From: Candidatus Deferrimicrobiaceae bacterium
Lineage (GTDB): Bacteria > Desulfobacterota > Deferrimicrobia > Deferrimicrobiales > Deferrimicrobiaceae
Direction: 5' to 3'
NCBI GenBank assembly: GCA_963792415.1
Contig: CAWBVY010000006.1
Location: forward strand, 416,001 to 480,000
DNA length: 64,000 bases
The translations under genes and the position numbers were made by a program. Of this stretch, positions 10,203-20,559 are shown piece by piece. The stretch's first letter is position 1; each line of letters opens with the position of its first letter. A model generated the notes under the pieces. That model had not been told where the DNA came from. It searched no databases and worked only from the letters and a program-made list of their open reading frames with translations.

Positions 10203-11120
10203 TCACCTCTTCACATCGATCATCTTCTCTCCGCGCCAGAGGGCGACGATCGGGCTGGCGACGAAGACCGAGGAGTAGGTCCCGACCACGATCCCCATCG
10301 CCAGGGCCAGCGCGAAGTTGCGCAGGACATGCCCGCCGAAGACCAGGAGCGAGATCGTGGCGATGAACACGGTCATCGAGGTGACGATGGTCCGGCTGAG
10401 GACCTCGTTGACGCTGAGGTTGATCGTCTCGGAGAAGGTTTTCATCTTCCGGAGCCGGATGTTTTCCCGGATCCGGTCGAAGACGACAACCGTGTCCGTG
10501 AGGGAGTACCCCCCGATGGTGAGGAGCGCGGTGATGAAAAGAAGGTCCTTCTCGATCCCGAGGATCCAGAAGATCCCGACGATGGTGAAGATGTCGTGAA
10601 AGGTGGCGATCGTCGCCGCGACGCCGAACTTGAACTCGAACCGCCACGCGAGGTAGATGACGATCGCCAGCGCGGAAACCAGCAGCGCCAGCTCGGCGTC
10701 CCGGCGCAGCTTTTTTCCGATGGCCGGCCCGATCTCCGAAACGCTCTCGACGATGAACGGGTTGCCCGGGAGGGATTGCCGAAGGAGGTTCACCGTCGGC
10801 TCGGCGACCATCTTTTCTTCCTCCTTGCCGAGGGCGCGCAGCTTGACCAGGAGGGTGTTCTCTCCGGTAATTTCCTGCAACGTGGCCTCGCCGTGTCCCG
10901 CCTTCGCCAGAATTGTGCGGATCGCGTCCATGGAGAACGGCTTCTCGAATTTCAGCTGGATCGATGTCCCGCCCGCCAGGTCGATCCCCAGATTCGCCTT
11001 CCCCCGGTAGATCTGGACGGTCCCTACGAATCCGATGAGCACCAGGATCGCGGAAAATGCGAAGGCGTAATTCTTCAGTCCCATGAAGTCGATCTTGGTG
11101 TTCTTTACTATTTCAATCAT
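10203..11120 (-). CDS. secF: Protein translocase subunit SecF
   Basis: GIDLAGG, TFHD, GYSLTDTVVVFDRIREN, GTYSSVFVA. Confidence 0.97.
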   Translation of the reverse strand: MIEIVKNTKIDFMGLKNYAFAFSAILVLIGFVGTVQIYRGKANLGIDLAGGTSIQLKFEKPFSMDAIRTILAKAGHGEATLQEITGENTLLVKLRALGKEEEKMVAEPTVNLLRQSLPGNPFIVESVSEIGPAIGKKLRRDAELALLVSALAIVIYLAWRFEFKFGVAATIATFHDIFTIVGIFWILGIEKDLLFITALLTIGGYSLTDTVVVFDRIRENIRLRKMKTFSETINLSVNEVLSRTIVTSMTVFIATISLLVFGGHVLRNFALALAMGIVVGTYSSVFVASPIVALWRGEKMIDVKR

Positions 11121-11144
11121 CGCCGTCTTCCGTCCCCGTTTCCG

Positions 11145-12740
11145 TTAAATGCTCAGCGCCTGCATCGGCTTTTTGGCGTTGAGGTAGTCGAACACGACCT
11201 TGGTGCAGACGAGCGCGGTGAACAGGTTGATCGCCACGCCCATGGAGAGCGCCACGGCGAACCCCTTGATCGGCCCGGTGCCGAACTGGAAGAGGATCAC
11301 CGCCGTGATCAGCGTGGTCACGTGGGAGTCGACCACGGTCCAGAACGCCTTGTCGTACCCGGCGTCGATCGCCGCGCGAACGGACTTTTTCGAGCGGATC
11401 TCCTCGCGGATCCGCTCGAAGATCAGGACGTTCGAGTCGACCGCCATCCCGATCGCCAGGATGATCCCCGCGATCCCGGGCAAGGTGAGGGTCGCAGAGA
11501 AGGCGGCCATCCCCGCCAGGAGGAAGAGGATATTGAAGACGAGCGCGAAGTCCGCCACCAGCCCGGCGAACCGGTAATAGAACGCCATGAAGGCGATCAC
11601 CAGCAGTGCGCCGATCAGCGTCGCCCGGATCCCCTTGTTGATCGAGTCAAGGCCCAGGGAGGGCCCGATGGAGACGTTCTGGATCACCTTGACCGGCGCC
11701 GGCAACGAGCCGGCCCGCAGGACGATCGCCAGGTCGGACGCCTCCTCCGGGGTGAAGTTCCCGGTGATCTGCGCCTCGCCGCCCGAGATCCGTTCCTGGA
11801 TGACGGGCGCGGAGTAGACCGTGTCGTCGAGCACGATCGCAAGGCGGCGCTTCACGTTCTCGGCGGTCACCCGGTCGAAGACCTTGGCGCCCTGCGCGTC
11901 GAAGGAGAGGGACACGTGCGCCCCCCCCGCCTGGTTGCCGAAATTCACCTTCGCCGTCTTGATCGTGTCGCCGGTGAGCAGCGCCCGCTTCTTCACGAGT
12001 ATCGGGGTCTTCGTCACCCGGCCGCTCTGCGAGTCCATCGACTTCTGGTAGAGCACCTGGGCATCCTCGGGGACGTTCCCCTTGAGGGCATCGTCCAGGC
12101 TCGCTCCCTCGTCGACCAGCTTGAACTCGAGCAGGGCCGTCTTGCCGACGAGCTCGATCGCCCGCTGCTGGTCCTTCACGCCCGGAAGCTGCACCACGAT
12201 CCGGTCGTCCCCCTCCGCGACGATCTGGGGTTCCCGGACGCCGAACTGGTCGATCCGGTTCCGGATCGTCTCGACCCCCTGCACCACGGCGTTCGTCCGG
12301 ATCGCCTGGATCTCGGCGGGCTTCATCCGCGCGATGACGGTCGCCCCGTCGGCCTTCATTTCGCCCAGGCTCACGTCGAGGGAGGGGAACTCATCCTTGA
12401 GGGTGGCCTGCGCGCGGGTGGCGAAGTCGCCCGGGGGAAACCGGAGAGAGAACCCGCCGTCGGCGACCTTCTGGAAGGCGAGGACCGGCAGCGCCTTCTC
12501 ACGGCAGACGGCGCGCGCGTCGTCCGCGTAGCGCATGGAGGTGTTCTCGATCGCCTTGTCGATATCGACGGCCAGGCGCAGGAACACGCCCCCCTGGAGG
12601 TCGAGCCCGAGGTTGATCTTCGGCATCTTGTCCTTCCACCCCGCGGGGACCCGGTCGGTCAGCGAGGGAAGGAGGACGATGATGGAGACCACCGTAAGAA
12701 CGGCGATCAGGGTGACCCTGCCGGTGATGCTCTTCCACAT
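11145..12740 (-). CDS. secD: Protein translocase subunit SecD
   Basis: LGLDLQGG, RIDQFGV, LRAGSLPAP, GMAVDSNVLIFERIREE. Confidence 0.97.
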   Translation of the reverse strand: MWKSITGRVTLIAVLTVVSIIVLLPSLTDRVPAGWKDKMPKINLGLDLQGGVFLRLAVDIDKAIENTSMRYADDARAVCREKALPVLAFQKVADGGFSLRFPPGDFATRAQATLKDEFPSLDVSLGEMKADGATVIARMKPAEIQAIRTNAVVQGVETIRNRIDQFGVREPQIVAEGDDRIVVQLPGVKDQQRAIELVGKTALLEFKLVDEGASLDDALKGNVPEDAQVLYQKSMDSQSGRVTKTPILVKKRALLTGDTIKTAKVNFGNQAGGAHVSLSFDAQGAKVFDRVTAENVKRRLAIVLDDTVYSAPVIQERISGGEAQITGNFTPEEASDLAIVLRAGSLPAPVKVIQNVSIGPSLGLDSINKGIRATLIGALLVIAFMAFYYRFAGLVADFALVFNILFLLAGMAAFSATLTLPGIAGIILAIGMAVDSNVLIFERIREEIRSKKSVRAAIDAGYDKAFWTVVDSHVTTLITAVILFQFGTGPIKGFAVALSMGVAINLFTALVCTKVVFDYLNAKKPMQALSI

Positions 12741-12776
12741 GATCCGCTGGTGCTCCTTTCGGTATCCTTATCCTTT

Positions 12777-13127
12777 TCAGGCGGGTTTCTGCCCCTCGGG
12801 GACGGCCGCATCCTGGCTCGAGCCGGAGACGGCGCTGCGGGTCACCTTCACGCGGACCTTGTCGGCGATCTCGAGGGTGATGGTCGTATCGGTCAATCCC
12901 TTCACCTCGCCGTGAAGCCCCCCCGCGGCCACAACCCGGTCGCCCACCTTGAGGTTCTTGATGAAATCGCGCTGCCTGCTCGCCTGTTTCTGCTGCGGAC
13001 GGATCAGCAGGAAGTAGAAGATAACGAACATGAGCAGGATCGGGAGAAGCCCCATGAGGCCGCCGCCCCCTCCGGCTCCGCCACCCGGGGATCCGCCCAA
13101 CGCGTACGCCACGCCGGTCATGAACAT
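12777..13127 (-). CDS. yajC: Preprotein translocase subunit YajC
   Basis: FYFLLIRPQQKQ, GDRV..GGLHG; in tgt-yajC-secD-secF order. Confidence 0.95.
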   Translation of the reverse strand: MFMTGVAYALGGSPGGGAGGGGGLMGLLPILLMFVIFYFLLIRPQQKQASRQRDFIKNLKVGDRVVAAGGLHGEVKGLTDTTITLEIADKVRVKVTRSAVSGSSQDAAVPEGQKPA

Positions 13128-13149
13128 AAGGATTACACCTCCTTGGCGG

Positions 13150-14259
13150 TTACTCGTTTTCCGAAACGACTGATTCTTTCACAAGTTCCCCGAAATTTCC
13201 ACGGGAAATCGCCTCCCGCGCCCTCCGCATCATCCGCGCGTAGAAATGAAGATTGTGCACGGTCATCGCCATCGCCCCAAGCATCTCCCGCTGGAGATAG
13301 AGGTGGCGCAGGTACGCGCGGGAGAAGCCGCGGCACGTGGGGCAGTCGCACCGCTCGTCCGGCGGAAGGGAGTCGTCCGCGTAGCGGGACTGCTTGATCG
13401 AGACCGACCCCCCGGAGGTGAACATCATGCCGTTCCTCGCGTTGCGCGTCGGCAGAACGCAGTCGAACAGGTCCACCCCCCGCGCGATCGCAAAGAGGAT
13501 GTCCGCGGGCGTCCCAACCCCCATCAGGTAGCGCGGCATGGAAGCGGGAAGCATCGGCGCCGTCCCGTCCACGGTCTCACGCTGGAGCTCCTTCCCCTCC
13601 CCTACGCTCACCCCCCCGATGGCGAATCCCTGAAACGGGAGGGCGCAGATCTCCTCGACGCTGCGCCGCCGAAGGTCGGGGAACATCCCCCCCTGGACGA
13701 TCCCGAACATTCCCCCGTCCCCGGTGGTGCGCGCCGCGAGGGAGCGGGTCGCCCACAATGTCGTCCGCCGCACCGCCTCTTCGACCTCTTCCCGGCCCGC
13801 GGGGTATTCCACGCACTCGTCCAGCGCCATCCGCACGTCCGACCCGAGCGCCTCCTGCACCGCCACCGCGAGCTCCGGGGTGAGGGTGTGCGCCGACCCG
13901 TCGAGGTGGGAGCGGAACGTCACCGCCTCGTCGGACACCTTCCGCAGGGCGCTGAGGGAGAAGACCTGGAACCCGCCGCTGTCGGTGAGGATCAGGCGGT
14001 CCCACCCCATGAACCGGTGGAGCCCCCCCTGTCCCCGGATACGCTCGTGGCCGGGTCGCAGGTACAGATGATACGTGTTGCCGAGGATGCAGCCGTACCC
14101 CATCTCCCGCAGCTGGTCCGGCCAGACCCCCTTGACCGTCGCCGCCGTCCCCACGGGCATGAAGGCCGGAGTGCGCAGGGTCCCCCGATCGGTCGAGATC
14201 GTCCCCGCCCGCGCCGCGGTGCCAACGTCCAGCGCCTCGACCGTGAACCGGAGCGTCAA
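13150..14259 (-). CDS. tgt: Queuine tRNA-ribosyltransferase
   Basis: TPAFMPVGT, NTYHL, TDSGGFQVFSL, FDCVLPTR, CDCPTC; TTG start 14259 with AGGAGG RBS. Confidence 0.96.
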   Translation of the reverse strand: MTLRFTVEALDVGTAARAGTISTDRGTLRTPAFMPVGTAATVKGVWPDQLREMGYGCILGNTYHLYLRPGHERIRGQGGLHRFMGWDRLILTDSGGFQVFSLSALRKVSDEAVTFRSHLDGSAHTLTPELAVAVQEALGSDVRMALDECVEYPAGREEVEEAVRRTTLWATRSLAARTTGDGGMFGIVQGGMFPDLRRRSVEEICALPFQGFAIGGVSVGEGKELQRETVDGTAPMLPASMPRYLMGVGTPADILFAIARGVDLFDCVLPTRNARNGMMFTSGGSVSIKQSRYADDSLPPDERCDCPTCRGFSRAYLRHLYLQREMLGAMAMTVHNLHFYARMMRRAREAISRGNFGELVKESVVSENE

Positions 14260-14269
14260 AGGGACCTCC

Positions 14270-15328
14270 TCAAGAGATGAACATCGCGTCACCGTAGCTG
14301 AAGAAGCGGTATTCCCGAGCCACCGCCTCGCTGTACGCCGCCCGCACCGCGTCGACGCCGGCGAACGCCATCACCAGGGCGAGCAGGCTGGACCGCGGCA
14401 GGTGGAAATTCGTCAGGAGGGCGTCGACAGCCCGGAACCGGTAGCCGGGGAAGATGAACTTTCGCGTCGTCCCCCCCGACGGCTCCACCGTGCCGCCGGA
14501 AGCCGCGCACGTCTCCAGGGTCCGGACGCTGGTGGTGCCCACAGCGACCACGCGCCCGCCGCGGGCGCGCGCCGCGTTGATCTCCGCCGCCGTTTCCGGG
14601 GGAAGCCGGTACCGTTCCGGGTGGATCGCGTACGCCTCGACCTCCTCCGTGCGGATCGGGGAGAAGGTGCCGTACCCGACCGACAGGGTCAACCGCGAGA
14701 CGCCCACTCCCGCCGCAGCGAGCTCCCCCAGGAGATCCTCGTCGAAATGAAGCCCCGCGGTCGGCGCCGCCACCGAGCCCGGGTTCTTCGCGTACACGGT
14801 CTGGTACCGGACCGCGTCCTCCTTCGCCGCGGGATCGCCGGCGCGACGTCGGATGTACGGTGGCAGCGGCACATCCCCCGCGCGCTCCAGCGCCTTCGCG
14901 ACGGGAACGCCTCCCCCCGACAGGAGCACCTCCCAGCGTCCCCCGTCCAGCCTCCGCGCGAGGCGGACCCGCAGGGTCCCTCCGACCTCGAACTCCTCCC
15001 CTTCCCTCAGTCGCTTCGTGGGCCGGGCGAGCGCCTCCCAACGCTCCTCCCCCGCGACTCCGGCTTCCGGCAGGGGCGACAGGAGAAAGACCTCGACGGC
15101 CCCGCCCGTCGCGCGCGCCGCGCGAAGCCGCCCGTGGAGAACCTTCGTATCGTTGACAACCAGCAGGTCCCCGCGGCGAAGCAGGAACGGCAATTCCGAA
15201 AATACGCGGTGTCCGATCTCGCCGGTCGCGCGGGAGAGGGTCATCAGGCGGGCGTCGCGTCGACGGGGAGCCGGGTGCTGCGCGACGAGACGCTCCGGCA
15301 GGTCGTACTCCAGCAGATCGGTCCTCAG
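14270..15328 (-). CDS. queA: S-adenosylmethionine:tRNA ribosyltransferase-isomerase
   Basis: YDLPERLVAQ, VNDTKV, PLPPYI, YQTVYA, AAPTAGLHF, GTTSVR, TNFHLP, YRFFSYGD; start inferred at CTG 15328. Confidence 0.93.
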   Translation of the reverse strand: MRTDLLEYDLPERLVAQHPAPRRRDARLMTLSRATGEIGHRVFSELPFLLRRGDLLVVNDTKVLHGRLRAARATGGAVEVFLLSPLPEAGVAGEERWEALARPTKRLREGEEFEVGGTLRVRLARRLDGGRWEVLLSGGGVPVAKALERAGDVPLPPYIRRRAGDPAAKEDAVRYQTVYAKNPGSVAAPTAGLHFDEDLLGELAAAGVGVSRLTLSVGYGTFSPIRTEEVEAYAIHPERYRLPPETAAEINAARARGGRVVAVGTTSVRTLETCAASGGTVEPSGGTTRKFIFPGYRFRAVDALLTNFHLPRSSLLALVMAFAGVDAVRAAYSEAVAREYRFFSYGDAMFIS

Positions 15329-16530
15329 GGCGACTCTCCCGAAATTTCGGTCCCGGGGTAGTAGCGGGCGAGGATTTCGCGAAACCCCGCGCCGCGCCGG
15401 GCCATCCCGTTCGCCCCGAACTGGCACATCCCCACCCCGTGTCCCCACCCTTCCCCCGTGAACCGCCACTCCCCGGCGACGGGGACGATCTCCATCTTCA
15501 GGCTGCGGACTTTCGCGTACCCCGCCGCCCTCCGGAACTCGGCGGCCTGCAGCTCCCGGGAGACGCCGCCGGAGGAGATCCGGACGCGGGTCGCCCGCCC
15601 CGTCGGGGTGCGGCCCGTCACGGCGAACCGAAGATCCTTCCCGGGCGGGACACCGAGCGCCTTCGCCACGCGGCGCCCCTCCGCGTCGGACATCCGGTAC
15701 TCCCACCGGTAGACCGGGCTGTCGGCGCAATCGTCGCAGTACTGCGCCCGCAGGTACGGGATGTCCTTCCCCCAGGCGGATCCGGCGTCTTCGGTCCGGC
15801 CCCCGCAAGTGGAGTGGTACACCGTCCGCGCGAGCCCGCCCCGGTACCGTACCACCAGCCCCCGCGTCCGGTCGGACGCCTCCCGGAAGACCGCCGCGAC
15901 CCCGTCCATCCCGTCGAACACCTGGTCTTCCACGCCGCCCACGACGTCATACGCGGGGTCGCGCGGCTTCGCGGCCGCCCCGACGACGTACGTCCGCACC
16001 GCCACCGCCATCGCCGAGAGCGCCTCCGGGTGGAACCGCTGCGGCGCCTCCCGGCTGACCACGGCGGCGACGTACGCCTCCAGCGGCACCACGGCGACGG
16101 CGAGCAGTTCCCCTTTCCGCGCGAGGAGGCGGACCCGGCCGCCCACCTTCCGGTTCCCGAAGCGCAGTTCCGGCGAACCCGCCACGTCGAGGGTGTCGCC
16201 GAGGAGCGTCGACCCGTTCCACCGGATCCGTTCCCCGACCGCGGCCAGAGGGACACGGCCCGCCGCTTCGGCGGCGAGCCTCCCGTCGGGGCCCCACGCC
16301 CGGATCGTCTCCCCTTCGAGCACGACCGCCGACGTCCCTCCCGAGAGGAGCACACGGATGAACCGGGTCCCCGTCACATCGGAGGGAGACGCCACGACGG
16401 CACCCGGACGGGCGGTGATCCCCGGCCGCGGCGCGGGAGGAGCCCCCGGGGACGGGGGCTCCCGGGAAGGCGCCCCCGCGCAGCCGGCGAGGAGGAGAAT
16501 CCCCGCCGCGAATAGGGGGAGGTGCTTCAT
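15325..16530 (-). CDS. SpoIID/LytB domain lipoprotein (lytic transglycosylase-like)
   Basis: Lipobox LLAGC; LEAYVAAVVSRE, YHSTCGG, GWGHGVGMCQFGA, ILARYYPG. Confidence 0.88.
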   Translation of the reverse strand: MKHLPLFAAGILLLAGCAGAPSREPPSPGAPPAPRPGITARPGAVVASPSDVTGTRFIRVLLSGGTSAVVLEGETIRAWGPDGRLAAEAAGRVPLAAVGERIRWNGSTLLGDTLDVAGSPELRFGNRKVGGRVRLLARKGELLAVAVVPLEAYVAAVVSREAPQRFHPEALSAMAVAVRTYVVGAAAKPRDPAYDVVGGVEDQVFDGMDGVAAVFREASDRTRGLVVRYRGGLARTVYHSTCGGRTEDAGSAWGKDIPYLRAQYCDDCADSPVYRWEYRMSDAEGRRVAKALGVPPGKDLRFAVTGRTPTGRATRVRISSGGVSRELQAAEFRRAAGYAKVRSLKMEIVPVAGEWRFTGEGWGHGVGMCQFGANGMARRGAGFREILARYYPGTEISGESP

Positions 16531-17300
16531 CACTCCTTCGCCGGGGGCGGGGTCACCATTTTCGCCAGCTGCATGAACGGGGTGAGCAGGTCGATCGGCA
16601 CGGGGAAGATGGTCGTCGAATTGTTCTCCGCCGCCACTTCCCGCAGCGTCTGCAGGTAGCGCAGCTGCAGGGCGATCGGGTTCTCGGCGATGATCTTCGC
16701 CGCGTCGGAGAGTTTCTGCGCCGCCTGGAACTCCCCCTCGGCGCCGATGACCTTGGCGCGCCGCTCCCGCTCGGCCTCGGCCTGCTTGGCGATCGCCCTC
16801 TGCATCTCCTGCGGCAGGTCGATGTTCTTGATCTCCACCTTCGCGACCTTGACGCCCCACGGCTCCGTGTCCTTGTCGAGGATCTCCTGGAGGTGCGCGT
16901 TGATCTTCTCCCGCTCCGCGAGGAGCTCGTCGAGCTCGGCCTGGCCGCAGACCGACCGGAGGGTCGTCTGGGAGAGCTGGGACGTCGCGTAGAGGTAGTT
17001 CTCCACGCCGATGATCGCCCGGTTCGGGTCGATGACGCGGAAATACAGGACGGCGCTCACCTTGATGGTGACGTTGTCCCGCGTGATGACGTCCTGCGCG
17101 GGGACGTCCATCGCAACGACGCGCAGGTCCACCCGGACCATTTTATCGATGGCGGGAATCAGGAGGATGAGGCCGGGGCCCTTCGCCCCGATCACGCGCC
17201 CGAGCCGGAACACGACCCCCCGCTCGTACTCGTTCAGGATCTTTACGGCGCTGGACAGGAAGAGCAGGACCAGTACAAGTGCGGCTGCATAGGTGATCAT
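16530..17300 (-). CDS. SPFH/stomatin-like (slipin) membrane protein
   Basis: [39 protein letters not shown]. Confidence 0.93.
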   Translation of the reverse strand: MITYAAALVLVLLFLSSAVKILNEYERGVVFRLGRVIGAKGPGLILLIPAIDKMVRVDLRVVAMDVPAQDVITRDNVTIKVSAVLYFRVIDPNRAIIGVENYLYATSQLSQTTLRSVCGQAELDELLAEREKINAHLQEILDKDTEPWGVKVAKVEIKNIDLPQEMQRAIAKQAEAERERRAKVIGAEGEFQAAQKLSDAAKIIAENPIALQLRYLQTLREVAAENNSTTIFPVPIDLLTPFMQLAKMVTPPPAKE

Positions 17301-17339
17301 TCGACGATCCTCCTTTAATTGTCAGGCGTTCCTCCGCGG

Positions 17340-18650
17340 TCAGCGGTCTTTCTTCGGTTCGACGACGAGCGTCATCCCGTCGAGGCTTTTCACAATCACC
17401 GGCTCCCCCTTGCGGACGGGCCGGTCGCACCGCGCTTCCCACAGCTCTCCGACGACGTGCACTTTCCCCTTCGGATCGATGTCCGTTACCGCCTCCCCGA
17501 TCTCTCCGACCATTCCCTCCGGACCGGTGGACGGCTTGCGGAGCTGGCTGCGCACGGCCAGCGAGATGACCACGGCGAAGAAGACCGCCGACAGCGCGAC
17601 CATGGTGGCCAGCACGGACCAGGAGATGCGCACGTACGGGTCGGCGCTCTCCCGGAAGAGCATCAGGCTCCCGAGGATCATCGCGACGATTCCGCCGATC
17701 GCCAGCGCCCCGTGCGTCTGGGCCTTCAGCTCGAGGAAGAAGAGGAGGAGGGAGAGGAGGACCAGCAGAAAGCCGGCGAAGCTGGCCGAGAGGGTCTGCA
17801 GGGCGTAGAAGCCCAGGAGAAGGCAGATCCCCCCCACCACTCCAGGGAACACCGCGCCGGGGGAGGCGAGCTCGAAGTAGATCCCGTAGACCCCGATCAT
17901 CATCAGGATGTAGGCGATATTGGGGTTCGCCAGGGCGGACAGGACGCGGTGGCGAAGACCCATGGGCACGCGGACGACCGGCGCGCCCTTCGTCCGGAGG
18001 GTCAGCGTCTCACCGCCCTTCCGGATCACCCTCCCGTCGATCCGGGCGAGGAGGTCGGAAAGGGACGCGGCGACCAGGTCGACGACATTCCTTTCCAGGG
18101 CGTCTTTTTCCGAGAGGGAGGCGCTCTCCCGCACGGCGCTCTCCGCCCATTCGACGTTCCGCCCCCGGCCCCCGGCCAGCGAGCGCGCGTAGGCCGCGGC
18201 GTCGTTTTCCACCTTCCGCGACATCGTGTTGTCCATCCCGCCGCCCCCCATGTTGACCGGGTGGGCCGCGCCGATGTTGGTCCCGGGGGCCATGGCGGCC
18301 ACGTCGGCCGCCAGCGTGATCATCACCCCCGCGGACGCCGCCCGCGCACCCTGCGGGGAGACGTACACCGCGACGGGGACCCGGCTCTTGAGGATCGCCT
18401 GCACCATCTCCCGCATCGCGGAATCGAGTCCGCCCGGCGTGTCGAGCTCGACCACGAGAAGGGCGGCGTCCTCTTCCTCCGCCCGGGCGATGACGGAGGA
18501 GAGGTAGTCCGCCGTGACGGGGCCGATCGGGGCGGCGATGGTGGCGACGAGCACCCCCTTCACCGGCGGTTCGGCGGGAAGGGCGACGCCGGGAACGGCG
18601 AGGAGAAAAATGATCGCGGCGAGCAGGATGCGGCGAACGAAACGTGTCAT
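17340..18650 (-). CDS. NfeD family membrane-bound ClpP-like serine protease
   Basis: Signal peptide, LDTPGG, RAASAG, GAAHPV, TM helices, C-terminal GELWEA OB domain; paired with slipin. Confidence 0.9.
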   Translation of the reverse strand: MTRFVRRILLAAIIFLLAVPGVALPAEPPVKGVLVATIAAPIGPVTADYLSSVIARAEEEDAALLVVELDTPGGLDSAMREMVQAILKSRVPVAVYVSPQGARAASAGVMITLAADVAAMAPGTNIGAAHPVNMGGGGMDNTMSRKVENDAAAYARSLAGGRGRNVEWAESAVRESASLSEKDALERNVVDLVAASLSDLLARIDGRVIRKGGETLTLRTKGAPVVRVPMGLRHRVLSALANPNIAYILMMIGVYGIYFELASPGAVFPGVVGGICLLLGFYALQTLSASFAGFLLVLLSLLLFFLELKAQTHGALAIGGIVAMILGSLMLFRESADPYVRISWSVLATMVALSAVFFAVVISLAVRSQLRKPSTGPEGMVGEIGEAVTDIDPKGKVHVVGELWEARCDRPVRKGEPVIVKSLDGMTLVVEPKKDR

Positions 18651-19840
18651 GGCAGTCGTTTCCTGTAGACGGCGAATTTCAGGTACTCGGTTTCGGGAAC
18701 GGACAGGAGCACCGGGTGATCGGGCGGCTGTCCCCCCCACGCGATCCTCTCGAGGTCGGCGCCGGCATCGGCCGCCGCGTCCCGGAGGGCCTCGACCCAC
18801 TGCGTCCCGTCGATCAACTGCGTGCAGGACGAGGTGGCGAGAACGCCCCCGGGAGTGAGGACCGAAAGCCCCATCCGGTTGATGTCCCGGTATCCGCGGA
18901 GCGCCCCCTCCCTGCCGTCCCGGGACTTGGCGAACGACGGCGGGTCGAGGATCACGAGGTCGAACCGCCGCCCGACGTCCCTCAAGTTCCGAAGCGCCTG
19001 GAAGAGATCCTCCGCCTCCCCCTCCCACCGCGCGGAAACCCCGTTCAACGCGGCGTTCGCGCGCGCGGTCTCGACAGCCGGGCGCGAGGAGTCGATCGCA
19101 AGAACGCTCTTCGCCCCCCCGGCGAGGGCGTACAGGCCGAACCCTCCCGCGGCGCAGAAGCCGTCGAGCACGGCCTTCCCCTTTCCCAGGTCGCGGACGA
19201 TGCCCCGATTCCTCCGCTGGTCGAGAAAGAAGCCCGTCTTCGGCCCCGACTCCACGTCCACGGAAAACCGGACTCCGTCCGTCTCGATCTCCTCCCGGGT
19301 CGTCCCCTCCCCGCGGGCGGGCCCCTTCCGCTCCGCCAGGCCTTCGTGACGGCGTCCCCCGCCTTCGGATCGCTCGTAGATCAGCCGCGGCCGGAAGTGG
19401 CGCTCGAGGACGTCGAGGAGAAGATCCCGGACGATCTCCATCCCCGCGGTCAGGATCTGCACCGAGAGGACGTCGCCGTACCGGTCCGCGATCACCCCCG
19501 GAAGGAAATCGCCCTCGGAGTACAGGACCCGCAGGGCGCGCTCCCCGCCCATCCCCGCCTCGGCGCGCCGCCCGGACGCCTGGCGCAGCCGGTCCCCGAG
19601 GAACGCCTCCGTCGGCAGGACATCCGCCCGGGACACCCGCCGAAGTGCAATCCGGGACCCGAGGTTGATCGTCGCCGTCCCGAGAGGTTCCCCGGACCTC
19701 GAGCGCGCCCAGATCCACTGCCCCGGCGAGAGGCCCGGCGGCACCTCGCGGAGGTCGTCCCCGAACACCCACGGGTGGCCGGAGCGCAGCCGTTCCTCGC
19801 CTTTCCGGCTCACGTGGACCTCGCTGAGGGAATCCGTCAT
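18647..19840 (-). CDS. rlmI: RlmI-like class I SAM-dependent rRNA methyltransferase
   Basis: GHPWVF (PUA), SEGDFLPG, KTGFFLDQR, VILDPPSF, ETEYLK. Confidence 0.85.
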   Translation of the reverse strand: MTDSLSEVHVSRKGEERLRSGHPWVFGDDLREVPPGLSPGQWIWARSRSGEPLGTATINLGSRIALRRVSRADVLPTEAFLGDRLRQASGRRAEAGMGGERALRVLYSEGDFLPGVIADRYGDVLSVQILTAGMEIVRDLLLDVLERHFRPRLIYERSEGGGRRHEGLAERKGPARGEGTTREEIETDGVRFSVDVESGPKTGFFLDQRRNRGIVRDLGKGKAVLDGFCAAGGFGLYALAGGAKSVLAIDSSRPAVETARANAALNGVSARWEGEAEDLFQALRNLRDVGRRFDLVILDPPSFAKSRDGREGALRGYRDINRMGLSVLTPGGVLATSSCTQLIDGTQWVEALRDAAADAGADLERIAWGGQPPDHPVLLSVPETEYLKFAVYRKRLP

Positions 19841-20559
19841 TTCGCGAGAGGAAGCCGGAGACGCGAGGCGAGTGCATCGAAGTCCTCGATCACTTCCGTC
19901 TCCCGGGCGGCGTTGCGCAGGATGAAGGCGGGATGATACGTGGGGAGCACGGGGACGCCGTCCCGCTCCCTCCACTTCCCCCGCTCCCTGGTGATCTTCT
20001 CCTCGACTCCCAGCAGGAAATTCAGCGCGGTCGCACCGAGGGTGCAGACGACTTCGGGGCGGATCGCCCGAATCTGGCGCAACAGGTACGGAAGGCATAC
20101 CTTCGCCTCTTCGGGAAGAGGGGCGCGGTTCCCCGGCGGGCGGCACTTCACGATGTTCGCGATGTAGACGTTCTCCCGACGAAGGCCGATCCGCGCGATC
20201 CACCGATCGAGCCGCTTCCCGGCGGCCCCGACGAACGGCTCCCCCAGGCGGTCCTCCTCGGACCCGGGTCCCTCGCCGACGAACATCAGCCGGGCGCGGG
20301 GGTTCCCGACCCCGAAGACGACTGTGGAGCGACCCGCGCAGAGTGGACAACGGCGGCAGTCGGCCAGCTCCTCCCGGATGTCGTCGAGGGTCTCCACGGC
20401 GGGACCGGAAGGGGGGACCGCCCCAGCCGCGTCCCCATCAGAAAGCGAAGGGATCATGGCCCGCGCGGACGAGGACGCACGGGCCGGCAGCATCACATAG
20501 TCCACGCCGACCTCCTTGAGCCACGTTGCCAGCATCCGGCGCGAAACGGTCCGGCTCAT
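19837..20559 (-). CDS. Uracil-DNA glycosylase family 4 (Fe-S)
   Basis: CRRCPL, GEGPG, PFVGAAG, KCRPPGNR, TYHPA. Confidence 0.92.
   Translation of the reverse strand: MSRTVSRRMLATWLKEVGVDYVMLPARASSSARAMIPSLSDGDAAGAVPPSGPAVETLDDIREELADCRRCPLCAGRSTVVFGVGNPRARLMFVGEGPGSEEDRLGEPFVGAAGKRLDRWIARIGLRRENVYIANIVKCRPPGNRAPLPEEAKVCLPYLLRQIRAIRPEVVCTLGATALNFLLGVEEKITRERGKWRERDGVPVLPTYHPAFILRNAARETEVIEDFDALASRLRLPLAK

Noticed and set aside
17340-19877. 845-aa ORF suggesting an extended NfeD; similar over-long calls at 3721-5334, 27436-29562, 31847-34153 and 19837-21804
   Set aside because: The N-terminal extensions overlap the upstream genes in another frame; the true starts are at the ATGA/GTGA overlaps.
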